Shown here: in pieces, positions 46,171-54,988 of the stretch
Layout of the letters: each line of letters starts with the position of its first letter
Numbering within the stretch: the first letter of the stretch is position 1
NCBI GenBank assembly: GCA_964556365.1
Contig: CAZKVT010000006.1
Location: 25,114-89,113, forward strand
Reading direction: 5' to 3'
Source: an uncultured bacterium
GTDB lineage: Bacteria; Hydrothermota; UBA3072
DNA length: 64,000 bases
Notes under the pieces: generated by a model
What the model was told of the DNA's origin: nothing
Seen by the model: only the letters and a program-made list of their open reading frames with translations
The model's database searches: none
Program-made: the position numbers and the translations under genes

Positions 46171-47211
46171 TTATCCTCCTAAATAATTCCTTATTATCTT
46201 TGCTCTGAGAATATTTTCCTCTTTTTCATTACTAACATCTTCATTATTAATCCTTATGTGTCCGGGAAGCACCTGGAAAAGCCATTTATTCAAATCCATT
46301 ATATTTACATCCTTGATAATACCCAAACTTGAACCAAGTCTCAGGGCTGATGTCAAGTTAAGAAAGTCTGTAACGGACAGAATCCTTGCGTTTTTTAAAA
46401 TCCCGTAGGATCTCCAAATTTTATCTTCCGTTTCATAACCAACTTTTTGAGTCAAGTATTCCCTGCTGTTAATTTCATCCTTAATTATGCTTTTAATTTT
46501 ATTTTTAAATAATTTTAATATTTCTTCTTCGGAAACACCAAGGGTAAACTTGCTGCTTATTTTAAAATAACTACCCTCAACACTCTCCCCCATATTAAAA
46601 ACACCTTCGATCGAAAAAAGTGACTCCTCGAGATCATCGATGATATCGACAAATTTACCGGTAATAACAAGAGCGGGGAGATGCGCTACAGCAGAAACAA
46701 TCATACCTGTTCCGACTTTATCTGTCGACGAAGTCAAAAAACCCAATTCATTATCATAAGCAAAACCAAATTCTTCATTCAATTCATCATCCAGTCCATC
46801 ACATTGAACAAACGCTTCTTTAGCAGACAATTCTGAACATATAGAAGAAATTTCAAGGTGTTCATCAGAGTTCAAAACAAGCATATTGCTCTGAGAATCG
46901 TTTAAAGCCAAACCAATAAACTCACAATTTTCATATTCTTTTCTTGATATAAAATGTCTTTCTACGAAAAATCGTTTGTCTCTATCTTCTAAATCTTTTA
47001 AAGTAATATAATTATCAAAATGAGGAAGCGTGGAAACACCTTCAAACAGTAAATTCAAAATTTGTGCTTTCTCTTTTTCGGTGTTTTTTTTATTAAACTT
47101 ATAACCTCCAAGATTACGATATAAAGAAACCTTGGAAAACAAAACCATTTCAGAATAAGGACCGGCTTCTTCCAACCATACAGGAAAATGTTCCACAAGT
47201 GAATTAATCAT
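46171..47211 (-). CDS. mcsB: McsB (protein arginine kinase) homolog with degenerate active site
   Basis: Position between mcsA and clpC; conserved 'GP.S..VL', 'HLPALV', 'TLG.SEEEI', 'EDKIWRSYGILKNAR', but catalytic NEED and CP-T-N motifs are substituted. Confidence 0.88.
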   Translation of the reverse strand: MINSLVEHFPVWLEEAGPYSEMVLFSKVSLYRNLGGYKFNKKNTEKEKAQILNLLFEGVSTLPHFDNYITLKDLEDRDKRFFVERHFISRKEYENCEFIGLALNDSQSNMLVLNSDEHLEISSICSELSAKEAFVQCDGLDDELNEEFGFAYDNELGFLTSSTDKVGTGMIVSAVAHLPALVITGKFVDIIDDLEESLFSIEGVFNMGESVEGSYFKISSKFTLGVSEEEILKLFKNKIKSIIKDEINSREYLTQKVGYETEDKIWRSYGILKNARILSVTDFLNLTSALRLGSSLGIIKDVNIMDLNKWLFQVLPGHIRINNEDVSNEKEENILRAKIIRNYLGG

Positions 47212-47671
47212 TTTTGCTCCTTATGGTTTTCAACTCTTTTTTCCTTTCCTCAATCCTATCTCTCAATTCAACAGCCTCTTCAAACTTTTCTTCTTCAACA
47301 AAATTTTCCAACTTTTGTTTCAATTCTAAAATCTCTTTTTTTACAGAAAGGACCTTGGTATTCGTAACCGGCTCTTTACCCTTATGTACAAGATCCAACT
47401 GTGAATCTTTTAGATAAATCTGAATCTGATCATAAAAAGTCTTATAACAATTAACACAACCTAATTGCTTAGAATTCTTGTACTCACTAAATGTCAAACC
47501 GCAGGTGGGACAAACTTTGTTCTTGCTTATACTCGAATCATCTTTATTTTTAACATCTACGCCCTTTTTCCTGGCACATTCTTCACAGATATTTATCTCC
47601 CGGACATTATCTGAGTATACTTCATAATATTTATATTTAGCACCATCAGCACCGCATAAATCACATTTCAT
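47204..47671 (-). CDS. mcsA: McsA (CxxC zinc-binding protein with UvrB/C motif)
   Basis: CDLC, CEEC, CPTC, GCVNC; 'HKGKEP'; 'EEKFEEAVELRDRI'. Confidence 0.92.
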   Translation of the reverse strand: MKCDLCGADGAKYKYYEVYSDNVREINICEECARKKGVDVKNKDDSSISKNKVCPTCGLTFSEYKNSKQLGCVNCYKTFYDQIQIYLKDSQLDLVHKGKEPVTNTKVLSVKKEILELKQKLENFVEEEKFEEAVELRDRIEERKKELKTIRSKND

Positions 47672-48347
47672 TTTTTTCTAATTTACCCTCAACTAAATTA
47701 TATGTTTTTTTTCCCATTTGTGCAACCCTTCGATTATGACTAACTAGTATAATCGTCATTCCACTTGTCCGATGAATCTCTTCTAACATCCGCAGAACCG
47801 CCTCCGCGTGAGCCCAATCCAAATCGCCTGTAGGTTCATCCGCCAGCAACAAGACAGGATTATTTATAATCGCTCGCAAGACTGCAACTCGTTGCCGTTC
47901 TCCTCCTGAAAGAGTTCTGGGTTTAGCATGCATTCTGCCGCTAAGATCTACTCGATGCAGCAATTTCTCCGCTTCCTTACAGGCTCTGTTAAAAGCAGTT
48001 CCCTTGATTAAAAGCGGTATAGCCAAATTTTCAACTACTGTAAAATCAAGCAAAAGATGATGAAACTGAAAGATAAATCCTATTCTCTCATTTCTAATTT
48101 GCGCGAGCGCTCTATCTTTATAGCCATACAAAGAGTTTCCATCAAGAATGACATCTCCTCCATCCGGATGCAAAAGACCACCGATAATGTTTAAGAGAGT
48201 GCTTTTGCCCGAACCGGAAGGACCGCTAATTGTTATAAAATCACCTTTTCCAACTTCTAAATCAACGCCGTCGAGCACCTTTATCTCTTCCTTACCTGAA
48301 ATAAAACCCTTACTTACATCTTTAAGTGTAATTATATTATCACTCAT
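47661..48347 (-). CDS. lolD: Lipoprotein-releasing ABC transporter ATP-binding protein LolD
   Basis: 'GPSGSGKS', 'GFIFQFHHLL', 'LSGGERQR', 'ADEPTG'. Confidence 0.88.
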   Translation of the reverse strand: MSDNIITLKDVSKGFISGKEEIKVLDGVDLEVGKGDFITISGPSGSGKSTLLNIIGGLLHPDGGDVILDGNSLYGYKDRALAQIRNERIGFIFQFHHLLLDFTVVENLAIPLLIKGTAFNRACKEAEKLLHRVDLSGRMHAKPRTLSGGERQRVAVLRAIINNPVLLLADEPTGDLDWAHAEAVLRMLEEIHRTSGMTIILVSHNRRVAQMGKKTYNLVEGKLEKNEM

Positions 48348-49566
48348 TTCTTATAGCCTCCACAGGATCGAGACTGGAAGCTTTCTTCGCGGGATACAAA
48401 GCCGCCAGTAAAGATAATATTATAGCTGAAAAAGCCACCAGGAGGAAATCAAATAATTGCATTTCTACCGGTAATTTTGTAAGAAAATAAACATCCGAAG
48501 GCAAATCTATAAATTGATACTTTCCAAGAAGAAAGCATAATATCCAGGCTAAACCGACGCCAAAAAGAGTACCCCCACCTCCGACAATAAGTCCATCTAA
48601 AATAAAGACTTTCGTAATAGAAGAAGCAGAAGATCCCAGAGCTTTAATAATACCTATTTCTCTCATTCTTCCCAAAACAATCAATACCAATGAAGAAATA
48701 ATATTAAAGGCGGCAACGATAATTATTAAAGTTAATATGATAAACATCACTTTTTTCTCTATCTCTAAAGCTCTAAGAAGCGTTCTATTCCTCTCCATCC
48801 AGTTAACAACCCTATACGGATACCCGAGTTCCGCCACAATATCGATTGCAAGTCCGGGAGCTTTATACGGATTATTTACAGTAAAATCTATTCCCGTAAC
48901 ACCATTAACACCAAAAAGCTTCCTCGCGTTTTCTACAGACATTATGGCAAGTGTCGCATTGTATTCATACATTCCCATATCAAAAAGTCCGGAGACAATA
49001 TAATCATCAGCCGAAAGCAAAAAACCAAACGGCGTCGGAGCGGAAGAAAAAGGAGCGGAAACAGTTATTGTGTCTCCGACATGAGCCCACAACCGATTAG
49101 CAAGAAATTTCCCGAGAACAATCCTTCTTTCCGAAAGATCAAATTCACCTATAACAATGTTTTCGGGAATATCAGAGACCAACGAGAAAGAAGCGGGATC
49201 CACACCTCTTATTATTGCTCCATCGGTCTTTTTATCAAATCTCAAGAGTGCCTTCTCATAAATATATGGTGCAGCATTCTTAATTTCAGGCACACTCTCC
49301 TTTACATTAGATGCAATCTCTTCCCAATCTGAAATCGCAATTTGGTCTACCCTCGAAAGTGTAAGAGGCGCACTGGCACCAAGAACCTTACTCTTTAAAT
49401 CAGTCTGCATTCCGTTCATTACGGAAAGAACCACTAAAAGAGTAGCGACCCCCAAACAAATTCCACCAGCCGCGAACAGGGTAATTAAAGATCTAAAACC
49501 TTCGCCCTTTTTAATTCTTATATATCTTTTAGCAAGAAAGAATTCGAAATTCGAGAATTTTTTCAT
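48340..49566 (-). CDS. lolE: Lipoprotein-releasing ABC transporter permease LolC/E
   Basis: 'VLSVMNG', MacB-like periplasmic domain, 'VAAFNI', 'REIGIIKALG', 'VYFLTKLP', 'LYPAKKAS.LDP'. Confidence 0.88.
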   Translation of the reverse strand: MKKFSNFEFFLAKRYIRIKKGEGFRSLITLFAAGGICLGVATLLVVLSVMNGMQTDLKSKVLGASAPLTLSRVDQIAISDWEEIASNVKESVPEIKNAAPYIYEKALLRFDKKTDGAIIRGVDPASFSLVSDIPENIVIGEFDLSERRIVLGKFLANRLWAHVGDTITVSAPFSSAPTPFGFLLSADDYIVSGLFDMGMYEYNATLAIMSVENARKLFGVNGVTGIDFTVNNPYKAPGLAIDIVAELGYPYRVVNWMERNRTLLRALEIEKKVMFIILTLIIIVAAFNIISSLVLIVLGRMREIGIIKALGSSASSITKVFILDGLIVGGGGTLFGVGLAWILCFLLGKYQFIDLPSDVYFLTKLPVEMQLFDFLLVAFSAIILSLLAALYPAKKASSLDPVEAIRNE

Positions 49567-49572
49567 GTAACC

Positions 49573-49600
49573 AGTATATTCCTTTTAACTCTTTGGGCAA
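49573..49600 (-). promoter_or_regulatory. Promoter TTGCCC-16-TATACT; predicted TSS at the lolE ATG
   Basis: Six nt between the -10 box and the A of ATG 49566; no SD. Confidence 0.5.
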
Positions 49601-49650
49601 GGGGGAAGTGGTGCCTTTTCGTCCCCTACTTGTGTCCATGAGATAATAAT

Positions 49651-49679
49651 AAAAAGCTCCCGGGGAATCTCGGGAGCTT
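49651..49679 (-). terminator. Rho-independent terminator
   Basis: 9-bp stem aagctcccg/cgggagctt, 8-nt loop, followed by a U-run on the minus strand, about 20 nt after the stop at 49699. Confidence 0.75.
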
Positions 49680-49698
49680 GAATCTTTTGGAGACTCGA

Positions 49699-51009
49699 TT
49701 ACTTCCCTAAGACATAAATGTAACCGTGAGACTCGACGACATAGGCTCGGGAGCCATCAGGATTGAAGACAAGTTCAGTGAACGAACCAGCGTCCGGGAA
49801 CTCGAGTTTCTCGACCATGGTCGGATTTGTTGGGTCGTTGACATCGTAGACACTAATATAATCAGAACCATCATCGCAGAGGAAAAGATAGTTCTCATCC
49901 GGGGTAAAAGCCATACCAAATTCTCCGATATCAGGATCAAATTGGGTAACTTTCGTAAAGCTTGAGAGATCAACAACATAGACATCGTCATTAAGATGCG
50001 AAATAAAGGCATATTCATCATCAGGGGTAATCAGAATAATCTCGGGTCCGTTGCCGACCGAAAGTTGTCGGTTGACAGTCATCGTCGTTGGATCGAGTTC
50101 ATAGAAGATGTCATCGCTCTGGTTGACCGCATAGAGTTTTGTCTCGGCGTGGTTCAGGTCGACATCCATTATCCAGGGCAAAAGAACGCTGTCGATCATT
50201 GCCCCGCTTGAGACATCGAACTTCGTGATACAGCCGTCCCCGGCCGTCGCCATATGCGTTGCATAGATGATGTCGTTCGCTTGGGTCAATGCCACCCCGT
50301 AGCCTTCCGGGCCAACCTTAACCGGTGGAGAGCCTTCTAGAAAACCGAGCATCCTGGTCTGGGTATAACTCGATGTAGAAATTTCGAGGATACCGGCACT
50401 GTCCATATTCCAGACACCACAGTAGTAGGCAAAACTACCATCACTGGTAATTCTCAACTCATTATCACCGACATTGGTAACCGGAATCGGGTGGGTCACC
50501 TGATTGGTCGCAGTCGATATCACATAGACAAGGGTATCGTACTGCCCCCAGTGGTTAACCCAGATCTCAGCGCCATTCGGGGTAATGTCAATTGACTGAG
50601 GATCTTCTAAGACCTGAATCCTTGTTAACAGATTCCTTGGATAGGCAGCGCCTGAGACCACAAAGGAATCGAGATCCGAGAAATCATTCATCCTACCATT
50701 CCCATCAAGCGCAAAGACCTGCCAATAGTATTTGAGCGTATTAAGACTCGAGATGGTATATGTGGTATCAGAAACCTCAACAGAAACCACTGGTGATGCA
50801 AAATTAGCAGTGGTATCAACTTCCACAGCATAACCAGAGGCATTCTCAACTTTTGTCCAGAAGAGTGATACAGGCAATAAAACCTGTTCGCCACCGGTCG
50901 GCTCAAGAAGATTAAGCCCACTAATAATTTCACCGCCACAGGAAGTAAAAAGTAGCACCGCACCAAGAATTGCTGTACAAAGTACCACGATTCTATGTTT
51001 AGCAATCAT
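49699..51009 (-). CDS. Lipoprotein with an N-terminal Ig/FN3-like domain and a YVTN-type beta-propeller; GC-rich
   Basis: Lipobox LFTSC; blades 'SIDITPNG.EIWV', 'ILITPDDEYAFIS', 'FNPDGSRAYV'; promoter TTGACA-17-TATAAT at 51082-51110. Confidence 0.75.
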   Translation of the reverse strand: MIAKHRIVVLCTAILGAVLLFTSCGGEIISGLNLLEPTGGEQVLLPVSLFWTKVENASGYAVEVDTTANFASPVVSVEVSDTTYTISSLNTLKYYWQVFALDGNGRMNDFSDLDSFVVSGAAYPRNLLTRIQVLEDPQSIDITPNGAEIWVNHWGQYDTLVYVISTATNQVTHPIPVTNVGDNELRITSDGSFAYYCGVWNMDSAGILEISTSSYTQTRMLGFLEGSPPVKVGPEGYGVALTQANDIIYATHMATAGDGCITKFDVSSGAMIDSVLLPWIMDVDLNHAETKLYAVNQSDDIFYELDPTTMTVNRQLSVGNGPEIILITPDDEYAFISHLNDDVYVVDLSSFTKVTQFDPDIGEFGMAFTPDENYLFLCDDGSDYISVYDVNDPTNPTMVEKLEFPDAGSFTELVFNPDGSRAYVVESHGYIYVLGK

Positions 51010-51317
51010 ACGAAACCTCCTTTCTGGTAATAGTTTTGTTTTTCCTAAGAACTTCTCATAGCAAGGAATCTCTTATGATAAATTATACTTATGAATTTTA
51101 TCTATGTCAACCCAAATATCTAAGGAAAGCTATAAAAGATTTAAGAATTTGGTTGAAAAAATCAAAGATAAATACCTGCATTATGATAAGTGTCGAGTTA
51201 ACATTGTTAATTATTTTCGTGTGTTTTTTTTAACACAAATTAAAAAGAGTGAGTGGCGTATCGTGTATTTAGTGTGTTTCGTGGTTTAATCACTTTTAAA
51301 TTTTGTTTTGCAATTTT

Positions 51318-52121
51318 TTATTCTCCGAGTTCCAGGCTATCCAAAAAATCCTTAATCCCCACCAAATAAACATCTTTAGACTCAGATATACAATTATTAT
51401 GCAATCCCCGGATTTTTAGAAATGTCTTAGGTTCCAATGCCTCGGCAAACAATTTTTCCCCATGATGAAAGGGTATCAAATCGTCATGTTCGCTATGTAC
51501 AATCAATTTTGGTATTTTTATGTTTTTTATTCTTTTAATAGACTCAAAACGATTCGATATTGAAAATTTCGGTAGATAATAACCAAGTATATCGTAACCC
51601 AAATCCCTTGCAGATATAAAAGTACTATCGATTATCATCCCCCTTAAACCCCCAACAAAACTTGCAAGAAAAATAGCAACAGCCCCGCCTAAAGACCTAC
51701 CAAAAACAATCATATCTTCATCTTTAAATCCTTTATCTTTAAGATAATCGTATGCTCCCAAAACGTCTAAGTACAAACCCTTTTCACTTGGAACACCGTT
51801 ACTTCTGCCGTAACCTCTATAATCAAAAATAAACACATTATATCCAAGTAAATTTAAATCTTTAATAATATCCACTCTCGATGAAATATTCCCGAAATTC
51901 CCATGACAGAAAAGGATAACTCTATGTAAAGAACCTTCTATAAACCAACCATTAAGTAACACCTGATCCCGCGAGGTAAAATTTATATCTTCGAATTGAA
52001 CATCTAAATCACTTGGAAAAGAAAATAATTCTTCCCGGGGTCTATAAACTTTAATATGTTCGTAAAACTTAAATAATAGATAGGAAAAAAGAAGAAAAAA
52101 AAGAAAAAATACTAAAAACAT
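51318..52121 (-). CDS. Alpha/beta hydrolase (ABHD13/BEM46-like)
   Basis: 'FCHGNFGN', 'DYRGYG.S.G.PSE', 'GRSLGG', 'HSEHDDLIP', 'GLHN'. Confidence 0.85.
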   Translation of the reverse strand: MFLVFFLFFLLFSYLLFKFYEHIKVYRPREELFSFPSDLDVQFEDINFTSRDQVLLNGWFIEGSLHRVILFCHGNFGNISSRVDIIKDLNLLGYNVFIFDYRGYGRSNGVPSEKGLYLDVLGAYDYLKDKGFKDEDMIVFGRSLGGAVAIFLASFVGGLRGMIIDSTFISARDLGYDILGYYLPKFSISNRFESIKRIKNIKIPKLIVHSEHDDLIPFHHGEKLFAEALEPKTFLKIRGLHNNCISESKDVYLVGIKDFLDSLELGE

Positions 52122-52145
52122 TAAAAGGTGTTAAGAAAATTTCTA

Positions 52146-52397
52146 CTAATCGTTTTTTTTCGCAGTTTTATCTTTACTACTCTCTGATTTCTTCGTCGCA
52201 GAATTAGCACCATCGGACTTCTTATAATCGGTATGATAAAAACCATTACCTTTAAATATAATACCAACACCCGCACCAATCAACTTTCTCAATTTCCCGC
52301 CACAACGCGGACACTTTTTCAAAGGTTCGTCTTTAATTCCCTGGAATTTTTCAAATCTATATTTACATTTTAAGCACTCATATTCATAAGTCGGCAT
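52146..52397 (-). CDS. FmdB family zinc-ribbon protein
   Basis: 'MPTYEYECLKC', 'CPRCGG', 'FKGNGFYHTD'; promoter TTGACA-16-TATATT at 52416-52443. Confidence 0.88.
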   Translation of the reverse strand: MPTYEYECLKCKYRFEKFQGIKDEPLKKCPRCGGKLRKLIGAGVGIIFKGNGFYHTDYKKSDGANSATKKSESSKDKTAKKND

Positions 52398-52472
52398 AAA
52401 TCCTCCGTTTGACGAAATATAGCTACTAAAAACTGCTTGTCAAGCCCATTTACCCTACCCCAAAACAATAAT

Positions 52473-52616
52473 CTCACACAGAGTGCGCAAAGAACACAAA
52501 GAATTAATCGTTAGGTCGTTAGAAAGTTAGGGGGTTAGGAGAGTTTCCCAAATCCCAACCCCTAAATCCAAAATCCTAAAAAACCATTTAACTATTTCTC
52601 AATTTGACCATTTGAC
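52473..52616. repeat. Intergenic repeat mosaic (second copy of the 34-nt element)
   Basis: ctcacacagag is the reverse complement of 7555-7565; aagaacacaaagaa is also at 4866-4879; gttag x4; 34-nt element at 52548-52581; atttgaccatttgac. Confidence 0.6.
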
Positions 52617-52710
52617 TTAAATTCGAAGAATTTATTCATCGGAATAGCTTGACATAAAAAAATATTCTATTAAACTTAAAGGTTAATTGGGTTTATTTGG
52701 AGGATAAAAA

Positions 52711-53043
52711 ATGTCTATTCGCAATTCAAAATGGTCTAAAAGAGAAAAAAAGATAGCTCGTAAAGCATTTGACAAAGCTTATCAAAGAGAAATGGAAATA
52801 ATAAAAAAGGAAATATTAAATCGTTTAAATAAAATGAAGTCTGTTGATCAAATATGGGATTTACATGATTTTTTAAGTGCTAAAAGAAACAATATGGCTG
52901 ATAAATACGATTATAGATATTCTATGTTAATAACTGTTTTTGGCAGGTTATTAGCTGAAGGATATATATCAGAAGAAGATTTATGTGGACTTGATGATGA
53001 GAAACTAACTTCAATCAAAAATATATCAAGATTCAAGAAATAA
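52711..53043 (+). CDS. Fluorescence recovery protein (FRP)-like protein
   Basis: 'WSKREK.IARKAFDKAYQRE', 'QIWDLHDFLSAKR', 'KYDYRYS.LI.VF..LL.EG', matching cyanobacterial FRP; promoter TTGACA-16-TAAACT at 52649-52676. Confidence 0.8.
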   Translation: MSIRNSKWSKREKKIARKAFDKAYQREMEIIKKEILNRLNKMKSVDQIWDLHDFLSAKRNNMADKYDYRYSMLITVFGRLLAEGYISEEDLCGLDDEKLTSIKNISRFKK

Positions 53044-53052
53044 AGGAAGAAT

Positions 53053-53334
53053 ATGGATATATTAGAAAAAGAAATACAAAAAATATTAATTGAATGGGAC
53101 CCACTTGGAGATGACAAATGGGAAATTAAAGATTTAGATAATTATAAAATCGAAGCAATGGATATATCTTCCGACTTATATATTATGAATATCAATTCGG
53201 AAAAATCTTGCATAAGATTAGTACGAAATACTATAAGTCAAGCATTTGATATAGATGTACCTACCGAAGAAGCAGAGAAATATGGTAAAACAATATGGAA
53301 AATCTTTTCTAAGAATAAGAAAATTAAAAAATAG
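53053..53334 (+). CDS. Small hypothetical protein, DUF1871/YugE-like
   Basis: 'ILIEWDPLG...DNY..EA..I' pattern; SD AAGGA. Confidence 0.5.
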   Translation: MDILEKEIQKILIEWDPLGDDKWEIKDLDNYKIEAMDISSDLYIMNINSEKSCIRLVRNTISQAFDIDVPTEEAEKYGKTIWKIFSKNKKIKK

Positions 53335-53367
53335 AAACTGTCAACATTTTAACTTCGGACTAATGGC

Positions 53368-54138
53368 ATGAACAAAAAAGATATCAAGAAAATTATTAAA
53401 AATCCAGCCTTTATTCCAGGTATTTACAATTATTGCGATTACTGGTGCGAGCGTTGCCCTTTCACTTCCCGTTGCATGAATTTCGCATTAAGCGAGAAAC
53501 AGTTTCCAGATAATGAATCTCGTGACATAAACAACAAGCTTTTTTGGCAAAAACTATCTGAAATTCTTCAATTAACGCTTGATATGCTGGAAGAAACTTC
53601 AATGAAAAAGGGCATTGACTTGAATTCTCTCGATCTTAAGACCGAAACCGAAGAAAAAATGACAAGAAAGGAAAACATAGAGGAAGATAAATGCTGCACC
53701 TCCGCGAAAGCGTACGGGGAAATGGTCGAAAACTGGTTCAATTCATCCAGTCAACTATTTAACCAAAAGCAGGATGAGCTGAATCTAAAAGCGGAACTCG
53801 AAATACCCAATGGTAATCCTATCGAAGAAGCAAACGGCATCAAAGACGCAATAGACATCATTCGCTGGTATCAATACCAAATATATAGCAAGTTAATAAG
53901 AGCAGTAAAAGGAGATTCAAACGAACTACAGGAAGACAGTGATGGTTCAGCAAAAGTTGCATTAATTGCAATAAACCGCTCCATAGCCGCATGGGGAGAA
54001 ATACATCGTCACTTCCCGGAATGTGAGGATGAAACACTTGACCTTCTTGTACATCTTGATCGATTACGCATAAAAGTTGAAAAGATATGCCCAAAAGCAA
54101 GAGGATTTATACGCCCGGGATTCGACGAAAACCACTAA
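53368..54138 (+). CDS. Conserved hypothetical protein with an N-terminal Cys cluster
   Basis: 'IYNYCDYWCERCPFTSRC'; 'DSDGSAKVAL'; C-terminal 'FIRPGFDE'. Confidence 0.7.
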   Translation: MNKKDIKKIIKNPAFIPGIYNYCDYWCERCPFTSRCMNFALSEKQFPDNESRDINNKLFWQKLSEILQLTLDMLEETSMKKGIDLNSLDLKTETEEKMTRKENIEEDKCCTSAKAYGEMVENWFNSSSQLFNQKQDELNLKAELEIPNGNPIEEANGIKDAIDIIRWYQYQIYSKLIRAVKGDSNELQEDSDGSAKVALIAINRSIAAWGEIHRHFPECEDETLDLLVHLDRLRIKVEKICPKARGFIRPGFDENH

Positions 54139-54158
54139 CCGGAAGGAGAAAAAAACAA

Positions 54159-54956
54159 ATGAAAAATTGGTCCATAATTATATTACTATTACCCATTTTA
54201 CTTTTAGCTAAAGCCTCCCCTGAAACTGAAGTTATCATATTCGGAATCGTCCATCAAGCAACGGAAAACTTTGACGGAGAAGACATGTTAAAGATATTAG
54301 ATCGGGTGAAACCTGACGTAATTTTATTTGAACACCCTATTTCCTGGCCTGTTGAAAGGTTTTCTGAAATCGTAAAAAAAAACAAAAATCCAACTCTCGA
54401 GACAATAATAGTAAAAAAATATCTGGATGAAAACCCATCAGTACTTCTTAGATATTATGATATCGAGAACCGAAACAAATATTACATTGAAACCCGGTAC
54501 TTCGAACAAGAGAAAGCCTTTAACGAAAAATTAGAGAATTTAATCAGCAAAAGCGAATCAGATGATTCCGTCTCGCTTCCGGCGGAGCAGATCACCATGT
54601 TATTAAATTTCGACAATCTCAATCATTCTCTTTTAAAGGAGTATCCCAGAGTAATCAACTCGGCAGCAGCCGATTCCATATGCGCTATAAATGTCAGATA
54701 TCTTCTCTATAGTAGTCTTAAGTTTACAGAAACCGTTCCAGATTTGAAGCAATTTAAAGAATATATCATCTCACGGCAAGAGTTCTGGGATAAAAGGAAT
54801 GAAGCTATGGCGAAAAATATTATTAACTATGTAGAAGAATTTCAAGGTAAGAGAATTGTTGTCACAAATGGATTTGAGCATCGCTATTACTTACGTATGG
54901 AACTACAACAATCACAGAAGCAAAACTTTATATTAAAAGAATACTGGGAATACTAA
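54159..54956 (+). CDS. Secreted hypothetical protein, possibly TraB/GumN-like metalloenzyme fold
   Basis: Signal peptide from ATG 54159 (SD GGAG); 'G..H', 'KPDVILFE', 'RN..M..NI', 'G.EH'. Confidence 0.5.
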   Translation: MKNWSIIILLLPILLLAKASPETEVIIFGIVHQATENFDGEDMLKILDRVKPDVILFEHPISWPVERFSEIVKKNKNPTLETIIVKKYLDENPSVLLRYYDIENRNKYYIETRYFEQEKAFNEKLENLISKSESDDSVSLPAEQITMLLNFDNLNHSLLKEYPRVINSAAADSICAINVRYLLYSSLKFTETVPDLKQFKEYIISRQEFWDKRNEAMAKNIINYVEEFQGKRIVVTNGFEHRYYLRMELQQSQKQNFILKEYWEY

Positions 54957-54988
54957 TTAAAGAAACAATTTATCAAGGGAGGTAAAAG

